64,000 nucleotides of DNA, taken from positions 496,001-560,000 of the forward strand of contig LSRY02000052.1 in NCBI GenBank assembly GCA_001643675.2, read 5' to 3'. Under the pieces are notes generated by a model that worked only from the letters and a program-made list of their open reading frames with translations, made no database searches and was not told the origin of the DNA. Both the position numbers and the translations under genes were made by a program. Positions 12,170 through 25,231 of the stretch are shown here, one piece after another. Position 1 is the stretch's first letter, and each line of letters begins with the position of its first letter. The stretch is from Monocercomonoides exilis PA203 (Eukaryota; Protista; Preaxostyla).

Positions 12170-13374
12170 GTGGATTTTCGACCATTGACAACTTCCTGAC
12201 ACTGGGGAATGCAAACACTGCAGATTAAAAAAATTGTTGTGCATAAGAGGCAATGCATATTTTCTGAAGAGAAAAAAGTTCCTGAAAACAACAACAGTTT
12301 ATAAAAGGAATAATATAATCAAAGGAAAAAACAACAGTTAATAAGATTATGCATGTGTTTCTGTTTTTTTGGCTGTTATTTTAACATAAAATAAACTTGT
12401 TTTGAGTAATATCTGGATAGAAATAACGTATTGTTCAATTTTAATATTTGCAGGGAAGTTAGCGTGGATGCGCCATTCAAGAATCCAATAAAAAAAGGAG
12501 GAGTGGGGAAGGGGGTGGAAATTGACGAAATGTTGTGGAGAAGAAGGAAATATAATTGAGGAAAAAGGAAAAAGCAAGTTTGGATTTTTGGTGGTGTGGA
12601 AAGATCTGAAGAAAGTCACAAAAGATCTTTTATGGTGGTTGTTCCAAACAGGAACAAGGAAACTCTACTGACAGCTATCAAAGAGCACATTTTTTCTCAC
12701 ACAACTATATGCAGAGATGAATGGAAGGCCTGTAATTGTCTCGATGAAGAAGGTTTTATTCACAAAACCGTTTGCCATAAGAGACATTTTGTCAATCCGG
12801 AAAATAAATCAGTCTATACTAACACAGTGGAAGGTTTTTGGGCGCACTTTCGGAAATATCTTCCCAAATTTGGAATCAGAACAAGATTTCTTCAACAATA
12901 TATAGCATCTTTCATTGTTCGTTCGATGGAATTACTTACTTTTAATCAACTCGTAAAATCTGCAATACATTTGGGTGATTCTTTTTGAAAAGTCACAAAT
13001 GTTTAATTTTCAAATATAATTAAATTTCATATTTTGCTCAAATTTCTGTTAACTAATATCAAACTTCACTTCAATCAAATCTATTCATTGATAATGCTAT
13101 TTCAAACATTCTTGAGGAGATTTGTGAGCTGAAACAGAAATTTGAGCAAAATATGAAATTAAATTTTATTTGAAAATTAAACATTTGTGACTTTTCAAAA
13201 AGAATCACCCATTTGAAAATTGAAAACGTAGAAATTGTTGCTGAGGAAGACGAAAATGGTCCAGAAAAGGCTAACGAAGAGGAAGAAATCCCTGATATGG
13301 ATGATCTCCCTGATGAAGATACTGATTTGGGTGCAGATGATGGAGTCGATACATCAGAATGGTCTGATGATTAA
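12170..13374 (+). pseudogene. Degraded Merlin (IS1595/ISXO2-like DDE) transposase, interrupted by a MITE
   Basis: Reads NICREV...GGVGKGVEIDEMLWRRRKYN*GKRKKQVWIFGGVER...VPNRNKETLL..IKEHI...TTICRDEW...HKTVCHKRHFVNP...TNTVEGFW. Upstream CKHC zinc-ribbon remnant. In-frame TGA at 12557-12559 and further upstream stops. Acidic C-terminus ends at TAA 13372-13374. The 5' boundary is approximate. Confidence 0.88.
12973..13210. mobile_element. 238-bp MITE, 78-bp TIRs (GGGTGATT...AATCACCC), 4-bp TSD ATTT; Sola-like
   Basis: 12973..13050 is the reverse complement of 13133..13210 with 2 mismatches. ATTT lies at 12969-72 and 13211-14. Excision restores the transposase frame (SAIH-LKIENV). Confidence 0.9.
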
Positions 13375-13847
13375 TTCTTTTTAACAATTTCATACACTTT
13401 TTTAAATATAAAAAATAATTTGAAAATATTTTCATCCATTTTTTTATTCAAAATTTGTTAAAAAAAATTATTCATAAAAATACAACAAGCTATTTGCGCA
13501 AGATATAAATTCGATTGAATGATCAAGAATAGAAACACCTTTCATTGTATCGATTATGAAGTGTTTTCTTTAGGTAATCGTAGATTTTGCATTTGTCTGA
13601 GAATTTGAAGCACAAAACAGAGTCATTCGCTCCACAAATAAATAATTTTATCATTTCGAAATCGAATTATTAAATTACGAAATTGAATTATTTTTGGTTT
13701 AATGAATGAAAAAAACCAAATTGAGAAAAAATAATTTCCAAAACAATAATGTGTGATTTTTTTTTTCACTTATTTTTCCAAAGAAAGAAAAAATGAAAAA
13801 TGCATTTCAAAAAAATATGAAATTTGGTTTGGTCCATATTTCAAAAC

Positions 13848-16800
13848 ATGAAAATTTCTTTTTTTTATTTGATATTTCTGCATTTTCATTATTGCAATAT
13901 AGTTGATTTCAGCGGAGGAAACACTGTTTTTTCTGAACATAGAAGCAATTTTGAAGCAAGAGAAATAAAAAAACAAAAACATTTCATCAATAACGAACTT
14001 TTTCAAAGTCAATCGACATTATTCACTGAGAAAGTTTCAGAATGCATTTGTTTGAAAGGCGAGCTTCTGAACAAAAAAGATTGCATTCATCAAGCATCAA
14101 CTGTAGCAGGAACGTGGAATGCACACAATGCCTCATGTTCTCTAATTGGAATAATCTACGAGCAATTGAAAAGCGAATGTCTTTTTGTTATTGACAGAAA
14201 CTCATTCATAAGAATTGATTCGAGTTCGTTAATCAAATCAGAGATTTCACCTGTTTCATTTTCAACTCATGAATCCTCACTTAACTTCAGAAGTTTCATG
14301 TTTCAGAATGGACCAAATTGCAAATCGAATCAACCAATTTGCTTTGTGACAGGGAAAAAATCATCAGTGTTAATTGATGATTGCAAAATTTTCGATCAAA
14401 GATTCAGTGGAAGAGGGATGGTCTATGGAGAAAATGCCCATTCTTATTCAGTTCATAATTCAATCATATGCAACATCACTCGAGAAGACAAACCACTGCA
14501 AATGGAGAACTCCAGAACAATTGTCAGATGGATAGAAGAAAGCAACATTGAAAATTGCAAGCTAATGTCAACAGAAAACGCGTTTTTTGGAACGATGATT
14601 CCTGGACTTAAAGGTGTTGTTCATTTTAATTGTCAAAACACTTCTGTTCTTGGAAACAAAGATAGAAATGATGGATATAATAGACAAAACAGGATAGACA
14701 CTCCAGATTCGATATCCCTAAACAATTCAGAATGGATTGATTGCAACTCAACAACACATGGAGGAGCCATTTCGATAACAGGGAACAGCGCATCCACGCT
14801 TTCTCTTTCAAACTGCCTTTTTCAAGGAAATATCGCTCGAAATGGAAGAGGAGGTGCAATATTCACCGAATCTATTTCAAGGATTTCAATTAGAAACTCT
14901 ATATTTTTGAATTGCCAAGCACCAAATGAAAGTTTTAATGAGGCAGGAGGAGCAATTTGCATTGCAACACCTCAGTCAACGTATATTGTTGGAAATAACT
15001 CGTTTAGAAATTGCCATGTGGGCAATGATGGTGGTGGGATATCAATTGGGTACAAAAGTGTTCTCACTTCAGGAGATGTCATTGCTGACTGTTCATTTAT
15101 AAACTGCTCAACTTCAAATGTTTCTTCTCCCACTGGTGGTGGAATTCAAATGTGGGGAATGATGATTTCTCCAGTTGTGACAAACTGCTTATTCCTGAAT
15201 AATTACGCCGTTGATGGAGGTGGAATAACCATCCATTTGAAAGTTCAAGCTACAAGCAATATTATATTGTTTTGTTTTTTTCATAATAATTCTGCTGTGG
15301 GAGCATGCGATGTTCTTCTTCATGCACAAAATCGCAATTCAATTGATTTGAGCAGTTTCACAACAAGTCATAATGCCATTCGAGTGAGTAATGTTTGTGG
15401 TGATAGTCTTAACAGAAATGAATGGCTCCGGAATGAAGGAGGAAGAATTCGTTTCATATCCTCAACACAAACACAGCCAAATGCAAGAGATGCATTTTCC
15501 TGTGGAATTAATGAAAGTTATCCATGCAACACTATCAGTCATTGTTTGAAGCAGCTTATTCCTGACTATGTGGAGAATATCGAAATTCTTGGAGGAACTA
15601 TTGTTGAATCCAAATGGATAGAATGTGGAGAGAACAGGGTCACAATATGTGGACAATCAGAGATGAATATCGTTGTGCGGGCACAATTAAAAGCATCTTT
15701 GATGAGCCTTTTTTCAGTGTCAACAGGAGCGTTAACAATAAGGGATTTTTCTCTCGAACATCACTCTTCAAATAAAAATAATTGTCATTCGAGAATATTC
15801 GAGATTACTGGAGAAGGAGAGATGCATATTAACAGGCTGAACATATCTGCTGGAAGTGGGCAATCTTCAGAAACAGCTTTTTCAACGGAATTGATAAATG
15901 TTCAGAATGGGATGTTTCAGATGGATAGTGTGAACTGGGCAAAGACTATCTCCACAACTTCGTTATTTTCACTTTCTTCAACAAATGAAGTCACGTTGAC
16001 GCTTTCAGAATGCACCTTTAATGGAATTGAAAGGACAACAAGCGGAGCAGCTGTGATGCAGTTTTCCAATGGTAAGGCCAATATTGATATGAATTCTTGT
16101 ACCTTTGAAAGATGTGGAAGCAGAACATCGGATGATGGGGGATCGATGATGCTGTGTGTTGGAAATGCGAATGAAGTGAAAGTGAAAAGCGGATCTTTTG
16201 ATGGGTGCTATTGCTCTGCATCAAATGGATTTGGGGGAGGAATCCTTCTTCGATTATTGAATGAAAATCCCAATTTCCTGATCTCCTCTTCGTTTGGCAC
16301 GAACACAGCCAAATGGGGGAATGACATCTTTGCCATTTCTCCGAATCTGGAAGTCACAGCAAAATCACAAAAGATTCAATGTGTCACAGCCTCTTTGGAT
16401 TCTTTTGATAAAGTTCGAGGATATGAAAATGGAAACACAAGCGTTGCCATCCCTCTGTGCATCTATCTCCTTCCCAACCCAACAGAAATATATGTAAGCA
16501 ATTTCAAGGCATCTGACCATTCTCATTGTGGAATTGTCCAATTCCCTTGTTTAACTTTTGAAGCACTCACTCGCAAGGCTAACAGGAGAAAAGAAAGTTT
16601 CTGTGAACGGAATGATTTCAATGGGTGATGAATTGGCCTTCTCTGATCAAAAGCATGAAATCAGAGGAAACGATGATCAAAGTGGTTTGACCGTCTCTGA
16701 TGCAAGCGAAACATCCAATTCAGCCATGGTCATTGCAAGTGTTGAAACAGAATTATCAAATCTAATCTTTTCTCTTCCATCTTCCCTTTCATCGCACTCC

Positions 16801-19800
16801 ACTTTTATTTCGTCCACTTCATCTTCATCACTCAATCTAACTCAATCTTCTCTTTCACTTCAAAAATCCAACATCAGAATTGACATTTCTTTTCTTATCT
16901 GTCGAGTCTGGCATCTTGGCTATTGATTCATTTTCTGCTTCATCAATCACTTTGAGCAATAATCCGTTGATCTCATTATCCGGAAGCAGTGCAAAGGCTG
17001 AGTTAATTAATGTTCAAATGAATGGAGTTGGAACAAGTTATGCATCAGGATTAATTGAAGTGAAAAGCAAAGCTTCTCTTCAAATGAGCGACAGTGATGT
17101 TTCTTCCATTGCCTCATCTGAAGGAATAGCATCCTCATGTCTTATCTCCACATCAAATGCAAAGATAATAGAAATAATTCGAACTGATATTTCGAACTTT
17201 GCAGTAAAAGGTAAAAATGGGGGAGCAATTGAATGCACACTTGAAAGCGGCTGTTCTTTGGTGTTTGAAGAAGGAAACATACACTCATGCAAAAGTGAGG
17301 GAGGAAATGGAGGAGGATTATGTGTGCAGATGAAAAGTGGATCACATTTCAGTATTTGCAATGCGACAGAATCCCTTTCAATCAATGAAAATGAAAATGA
17401 ACATGCGAAAAAGATATGCATTTCGAATTGTGAAGCATCTTCAAATGTTGATGGCAGCAGAGGTTTAGGAGGAGGGATATATTTGAACCTGGATGAGGGG
17501 GCATCAGATTTTGTGTTGAAGAGCATGAGATTTGATGGATGTTCGGGAAGGAAAGGGAAGGATGTGTTTTTGAATGCATTTGATTTGAGGGATGTGACAA
17601 ATTCAGCAACATTTTGCTTCGATGTTGATGTGAATGGGTTGGATAAGCTGAATGGATTTGAGCGCTCAACAACAAATGAAATATACGAAATACCGCTCGT
17701 GGTTTATCTGTGGAACAACTTCACATCCCCTTGCCACGTGGGTGGAGAAGACGCTCATGATTTCAGTGGTTGTGGGCATGCTCAAGTTCCGTGCAGCACA
17801 ATAACAAATGCAGTTGGATTCAGATTTTCCGGCAAAAACAAGTCAATCAAGCTGCATCCGCCTTTTTCATTTGGAGAAGAATTGAAGATGGATTCAAATG
17901 AGTGGAGTATGACTGGAGAAGGAAGTTCCTCAAATTATGAGATTGGAACAGACATTTCTGGTTCACAAAGTGGAATATTCGAGACGCACTGTCGAACAAC
18001 GTTTGGCAAGGTGGTGTTTTCTGTTGCAGAAAGAATAGGATTTTATGAAAGCATATTCCATTGCATTTTCAACAAATTGACAATTCAGGATTGTGGCATT
18101 TCTGCAACGGAAAGCCAATTAGATATATCCTTTGTGAAAATAGAAGGAGGCAAAGTGACGATTAGCAATGTGTTTGAGATTGGGATCAAATGGCAGACAA
18201 GCGCAATAATTTGTGATGGAGGAAGCGGGGCTGTGCCTTTGATTGAAATCATTGAAAGCAACTTTTCAGGAAATGGCGAGCAAAATGGATGTTTGATTGA
18301 ATGCAAAAGTGTCAAATATTTGAATGCAACAAAATGCGATATCACGGAGATGGATAGAACTGCAGGATGTGGAGGGTGCATAAGCGTTGATAATAGCAAT
18401 ATAGATAATGAAAACGCACAAATATTTATTAAAGAATGCGCATTTGATGGATGCTCCGTGCTATCTGATGGAGGCATAGGAGGTGCAATTTTCACACAGA
18501 TGAAAGGGAATGCCCAGGTGGATATTATTTCATGCACATTTACAGGATGCACAGCACCAGATGAAGAAGTGAAGACAGGCTTTGGAGGAGGAATGGCATT
18601 GAAGTTGATGGATAGCGATCCTTCGTTTGTGATATCATTACCGGTGTTTGATGTCGATAATCCAAATACTGCCAAATATGGAAATGATCTTTTTGTTGAA
18701 TCATCAAACTTGACAAAGAGCATCACAAACACATCTCTTCCATTTGTGTCAGAGCATCTTTCTGATATTTCATTGGATTCTTTGAGAGGCTTTGATGGAA
18801 ACGACACAACAAATGCAATTCCATTGGTTTATTTCTGGCGAACATTTGGACCAGATATATTTATTGGGAGCGAAGGAAGAGATGTGTGTATTTGCGGATT
18901 GTCAGATTATCCTTGCCTGTCAATTGATTATTCCTTGGGGCGAATTCTTGAAGGAAATGAAAGGAGCATAAACATTATTGGAAAGGGGATTCTTCAGAAA
19001 AGTGTTGAGATAAGTGGTATTTCAGTGAAATCGGATAAGAGCAGCATGTGCTCTTTGGAATGTGTTTCATCGCTTGAAGGAGCAGAAGGAACGGCAATGA
19101 AGATTCAGGGTATTACCAATTTCGAATTGATAAAGTTAATGATTCCATCGTCATTCACAAGTGAAGTCAATGTTTTGTTGCAAGTTGGCTCAAGCGAAGG
19201 CTTGTTGACTCTGAAAGACTGTTCATTCAACAAAAATGAAGAAAGCAGAGAAGAAGAAATTATTAACTTTGTGCTGATAAAGACAGATGGAGGAATGATT
19301 CAGTTGGAATTTGTATCAATGCAATCACTTAGCTTTTCAAAAGATATTATTTCCGCACATCCAACAACAATTTTGAATATGAAAAATTTGACGATGAAGA
19401 GCATTCAGCTGGAAGGAGCAAGTGGATTGAGCATATCAAAGAGTTCAAAAAGAGTAAAAAATAAAGCTGAACAAGATATTGTTATTGAGTGGAGTGTATT
19501 TGAAGAAGTCATTCAGAACACAACTGATGATAACCCAATCATCCGGAACGAAAATGATGAAGAGCAATTGAAATTGGTTGTTAGAAACACAACAATGAAG
19601 AGATGCGGCGGATCGAAATGTGAAAAGGGTGGAGGGATGTTTTGTGTGTTAAATGAGGGAGGAAGCTTTGACTGCTTATTTTGTACAATTTCTGAGTGCT
19701 TCTGCTCCACTACAGGAAGAGGTGGGTGGCTGTTTCTGGAATTCACCTCGACAGTTGAGCAGCCATTGAATTTTGTTCTGTCAAATATCACGTTCAGAGA

Positions 19801-22800
19801 TAACTCTGCGCTTAGAGGGAGAGATGCGTATGTGAGATGTCACTCAATCGAAACACAAATTGTTGATGAGCAATTTTTGCTGGATTTCAGATTGCCATTT
19901 GTGAAGGAACTGGCAGTATGGGGCTGCATAACAGATTCTTTTCTGGACGAAGAAGATCTTTTGCTGAGGGTTGTGAAATATCAGAGCGAGACGATATTTG
20001 TCTCAGCTATCGCGGATAATCGCGCAGACAACAAACAATGTGGAGAGTTTAATGTACCTTGCGAGTCGTTGAATGTGGGAGTGAAACATATCGTTCCGTC
20101 GCGTTACTCTCAGCTGCTGATCATGGAGCAAACTGCTATTGCTGGTGCGTGCAATATTCAAGATGTTAGCATCCGCTCACTTCAATCACCTTCATCAGCT
20201 TTTGTGTGCTTGAACTCAACAATTGCCAACGATGAGGAAAGCATCTTCACAACGTCAGAGAGAGTTCGGATTGAGAACGTGAAATTCAATTTTTATTGGT
20301 CATTTTCGTATTCGGGCAGCTCAGTCATTCATGAAGCAAATGGCCAACTTTCTCTTTTGTTTGTTGATTTTTCATCAGTTGAACAATCTGATGGCACTCG
20401 GCCTGCTTTTCTGAACTCAACCTTGTTGAACATCGAAAATGGAATTCTGCATGTTGATAACTGCACGATTTCGATGCTTTCATCTAAGAAGCCTTCTTTT
20501 CTATTTTGTGGAGAAGAGATATCGTTGACGAATGTGAAGTTGGAACATATTGAGGCAACAACCAATGTGTTTGAGATTGGCAACTGTGAAAGGATTGCAC
20601 TTAATGGACTGACTGTGAATGAATTGGAGTTATTTGAAGGATGTATCGTTTCAATAAGCGATTCGACTTCAGGAACTGTTTCAATAACAATCTCCTCGTT
20701 CAATAACTGTTCAAGGAACTCAGAAGGTGCTTCTATTCTTTCAGCTTCTTCTTCCTCTGCTCAGATAGTTCTTTCAAACTGCTCTTGCTCAGACTGCTTT
20801 TCAAAGTCTGAAGAAGGGAGCATGATGAAGATTGGAAATGCGATTGATGCTTCGATGCGCATGTGCGAATTTGAAGGATTGCTAACAAAAGACAGAAAGA
20901 GCGAAGGAATAAATTCTTTTGAAGAAACATGTAAGTGGAATGGATCACTTGTCCATTCATCAAATTCAACAATAACAATGAAGGACGTTTCAATTTCGAC
21001 TTCTTCATTGGGTGGATTGTCTATCTCGGCCGGAAATATGACAATTGAGAAAGGAGAATTCTTTGACAATAATCCTTTTATTCGGAAATATCCATCTCTT
21101 CGCCGAAACATTATCTGCTGCGATTCGGCCTCGTTGACAATTTCCAGTTTGAAAGGAGGAGATGGGCAAGAGAAAAACACATCTCTTTGGATGTTGAATG
21201 ATGGATGTTCTCTTAGTGGAGTTGCAAGGGAAAGGTCATCGCCTTTCTTTATTCCCGTATTGAACAGAGTATCTGTAGTTGAAAATGGAAGCAATGCCAT
21301 TATAAAATTTGAGGGAACACTGTTTCTACCGTGCAATTTATCATTCAAGTTGACATTTATAGCAGGAGATGTGGAGTTTGTCGAGAAGTATGACTTTGGG
21401 GAGAGGAGCTTTGTCTCAGAAGAAGAAGTTGGAGGTGTGATTCCAGGTGAGAATTTGACTTCGATTTCAGCTGAAACAGAAGCGAGCATATGCATTCTGT
21501 TTGGGAACATTGATTCTCCTTCGTCAACAGATTCATTCATTCTGAAGAATAAAAGCAAGTTTGAACCAGAACAAGATGAAAGAGTTGCTGAAGGAGAGAA
21601 AGGGGCAAATCCATCATGGGCTATAATCATTGCTGTTGTATTTGTTATTTTGTTTTTGATTGTTTTGATTGCGTCGATTCTGTTAGTTGTTCGATGGAGA
21701 AAGCAAAAGAAAAGAACAGAAGAGTTAGAAGTGATTGTAGAAGACACAGTGAGGAAAGACCCGAAACTGATTGAGATGACGACGATGGAGATGTCACCAG
21801 AGGAACAGTGGAGGAGAGCTGAAAGAGAGGCAGAGAAGAAGAATGAAGAGAGGATAAAGAAGAGAGTATATGGGAAACAGATGCAGCACTCAGAATCATC
21901 AGAGCATCTTCTATCTGAGAGTGGATCAACTGAATATATTTTGGGGAGAGACTCAGACAAGATCCCAGAGTGGGTGCTTGAGAAGGTTGATGAAAAGGAG
22001 ATCGAGGAGGAAACAAGAAAGAGAACATCATCACCATCTATTTCATCCACTTCAACAACTGACACTTCAGATACTGACACAACATTTGTTCGATCTGAGA
22101 GTTTGTGTCCAACCACCTCATCCATGTCGAACTTGGTGGATGCAATGGCATGCTCATCTCCTCATGAGAAATTGATTGTGGATTTGAGGGATTCATTGTT
22201 CATGCTGATTCATGGGAGAAATGAGAAGAAGGAGATGGCGATATGCACTCTGCAGGAGAGGGAGATGACAGCTGCACAGATTCTGTTCTGGGTAGCTAAT
22301 GGTGCGCTTCACTCCTTCAAAGAATGTGAAGTTCCACTTCAGTCATTATCTAATCTGAGCCCTCACATTGTATTGTTCTCCGAGCACATGGTTATTTGCA
22401 TCGTCATGCACTCAGACCTTTTATCAGATGATTCTGATTCATCCTCCATATCTTCCTCAACCGTTGTCACATCAGCAAGTGATGATGATGATGACAGAGA
22501 TTCTCTTCCCTCTTCAGCGTTTGAGGATGAGGATGATTTCAAAAAAGAATGCTTGAGGTGGAAGGCTCCCGAACTGATGAATGGAACAAAGAACCATGCG
22601 ACGAAAAAGACAGTTGTGTTTTCAATAGGGATGATGCTGTGGGAGTGCTTGACACTCCAGATCCCGTTTGGGGAGTATCCAGCAGAGGTGGCGGGGCAGA
22701 AGATTGTGAATGGAGAAAGGCCAGATTGTGGAAGTATTTCCGGCTCAGGACTGTGTTCGATTGTGAAAGCAATGCTCAGCAGAGAAGGGGCACATCGGCC

Positions 22801-22945
22801 TTCGCTGGAAATGCTAAAGAGAGAGTACGTTAAATGGTTTCCAGGCAGTGCATCAGTGCTCACCGTTTCAGATGCAATTGGTGCATATGATTATTCGGAT
22901 GAAGCAAAAAGTGAAGTGGAAACGAAGGAATTTTTGAAGGAATGA
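13848..22945 (+). CDS. Left-arm copy of the Pmp-like receptor pseudokinase, broken by two +1 homopolymer frameshifts (~16559, ~16866); either a true pseudogene or consensus errors
   Basis: ORFs 13824..16628, 16558..16926 and 16880..22945 together reproduce the 25232..34351 protein. This arm has TTTT vs TTT and AAAAA vs AAAA in the right arm. Confidence 0.85.
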
Positions 22946-23982
22946 ATTGCAAGAAATGCAGCAAGTTTATGCAAAATCCCACAAAAAAACAGAGTTTCCA
23001 ACAAACGAGTGCAAATCAGTTTTTATAGAAGATACTATTTCTTATTTTTGTCATGACAAAAGGCACGCAAAATCAGACAATTAGTCAAAAAATGATATGC
23101 AAAAAAAGAAATGCATCCAAGTTATTAAGAGAAATCTGATAGATATATTATTCCTGCAAGTATTGCGTTTATAATTGGTTTCAATTTTTAATTATTTGTT
23201 TTTTTGTTCAAAAAGGAACACAACAATTTTAAATCACCTGAAAATGTTAAAAACCCATATTTTGAAGCAGCGTTATCAAGAAAAAGTTATCAATTTCAAA
23301 ATCAAAATATTCAATAGAGTGATAATATAAACCTGGACTTTTTTAACACGAACATTTTTTTTAAAAAAAATCAAATTGCACGACAAGTTTATAAAATTGA
23401 ACGATAATAATTTATTTATTAATATGCTGATATATATTGAATCCATCCATATACAAAAATTTGAATGTAATGATGTTTTAAATAAGAAGTTTATAATTGT
23501 GTTCTTTTTAATCTGGTAAAAAATTTTTTGACTTGTGAATTTTGTTCAACTTTATTATCATCGTTCAGAAACCCGGGAATTTATCAAAAACCCGGACTTT
23601 TTTAAAAAATTCATATATCTCGACAAGTTTCAAAAATTAAAAAATAATAATTCATATATTCATACATCAGAATATAACACATCTTACCATATTGAAATTT
23701 TTATTTGTTGTGTTGTATTAATGAAGAAATAAATAATTATTATTTTTGATAATCTCACTTTTAATAATTTTTTCTGTTTCAACAAAATGATTCAGTTCAT
23801 CTTTTATACATGTAACTTATTTTTTCTTTGTTGCAAACTGTTCTGGTTATTTTTCATTTTCGGCACTTTCATCTTTTTAGCGGAATGAAAATCTGTCATT
23901 TTCAAAAAATCACAGTCAATGGGATAACTCAAAAAATATTTTTTCCAAACTCATAAGCATACATGTGAATTTAACACATGCA

Positions 23983-24195
23983 TTAATAAATATGATAGTT
24001 ATATAAATTTTCTTTATTGATGAAATTTTAAATGATTCAATAGGCATTTCATAAACAAAGATTGTTTTCATTACTGATGATTTTTAACGATCATTATCAT
24101 TGAATTTTCTACCAAATTGCATTTTTTGAAATGAATATAGAATTATTTGAAATTTCAACTATGTAGTAATTTAATACAACTATCATATTTATTAT
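23983..24195. repeat. Imperfect AT-rich palindromic core of the giant palindrome
   Basis: 23984-24000 pairs with 24178-24194. 24001-24067 aligns without gaps to the reverse complement of ~24111-24177 at roughly 70% identity. Weak pairing continues to a small central loop near 24085-24090. Confidence 0.85.
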
Positions 24196-25231
24196 TGCAT
24201 GTGTTAAATTCACATGTATGCTTATGAGTTTGGAAAAAATATTTTTTGAGTTATCCCATTGACTGTGATTTTTTGAAAATGACAGATTTTCATTCCGCTA
24301 AAAAGATGAAAGTGCCGAAAATGAAAAATAACCAGAACAGTTTGCAACAAAGAAAAAATAAGTTACATGTATAAAAGATGAACTGAATCATTTTGTTGAA
24401 ACAGAAAAAATTATTAAAAGTGAGATTATCAAAAATAATAATTATTTATTTCTTCATTAATACAACACAACAAATAAAAATTTCAATATGGTAAGATGTG
24501 TTATATTCTGATGTATGAATATATGAATTATTATTTTTTAATTTTTGAAACTTGTCGAGATATATGAATTTTTTAAAAAAGTCCGGGTTTTTGATAAATT
24601 CCCGGGTTTCTGAACGATGATAATAAAGTTGAACAAAATTCACAAGTCAAAAAATTTTTTACCAGATTAAAAAGAACACAATTATAAACTTCTTATTTAA
24701 AACATCATTACATTCAAATTTTTGTATATGGATGGATTCAATATATATCAGCATATTAATAAATAAATTATTATCGTTCAATTTTATAAACTTGTCGTGC
24801 AATTTGATTTTTTTTAAAAAAAATGTTCGTGTTAAAAAAGTCCAGGTTTATATTATCACTCTATTGAATATTTTGATTTTGAAATTGATAACTTTTTCTT
24901 GATAACGCTGCTTCAAAATATGGGTTTTTAACATTTTCAGGTGATTTAAAATTGTTGTGTTCCTTTTTGAACAAAAAAACAAATAATTAAAAATTGAAAC
25001 CAATTATAAACGCAATACTTGCAGGAATAATATATCTATCAGATTTCTCTTAATAACTTGGATGCATTTCTTTTTTTGCATATCATTTTTTGACTAATTG
25101 TCTGATTTTGCGTGCCTTTTGTCATGACAAAAATAAGAAATAGTATCTTCTATAAAAACTGATTTGCACTCGTTTGTTGGAAACTCTGTTTTTTGTGGGA
25201 TTTTGCATAAACTTGCTGCATTTCTTGCAAT

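Noticed and set aside
11631-13510. Merlin TIRs (GGGCATATCC... near 11632 vs ...GCAAGATAT near 13500)
   Set aside because: The match is weak and there is no 8-9-bp TSD, so element ends cannot be supported.
23535-24643. 65-aa mirrored ORFs near the palindrome centre
   Set aside because: GTG starts, AT-rich non-coding composition and no motifs.
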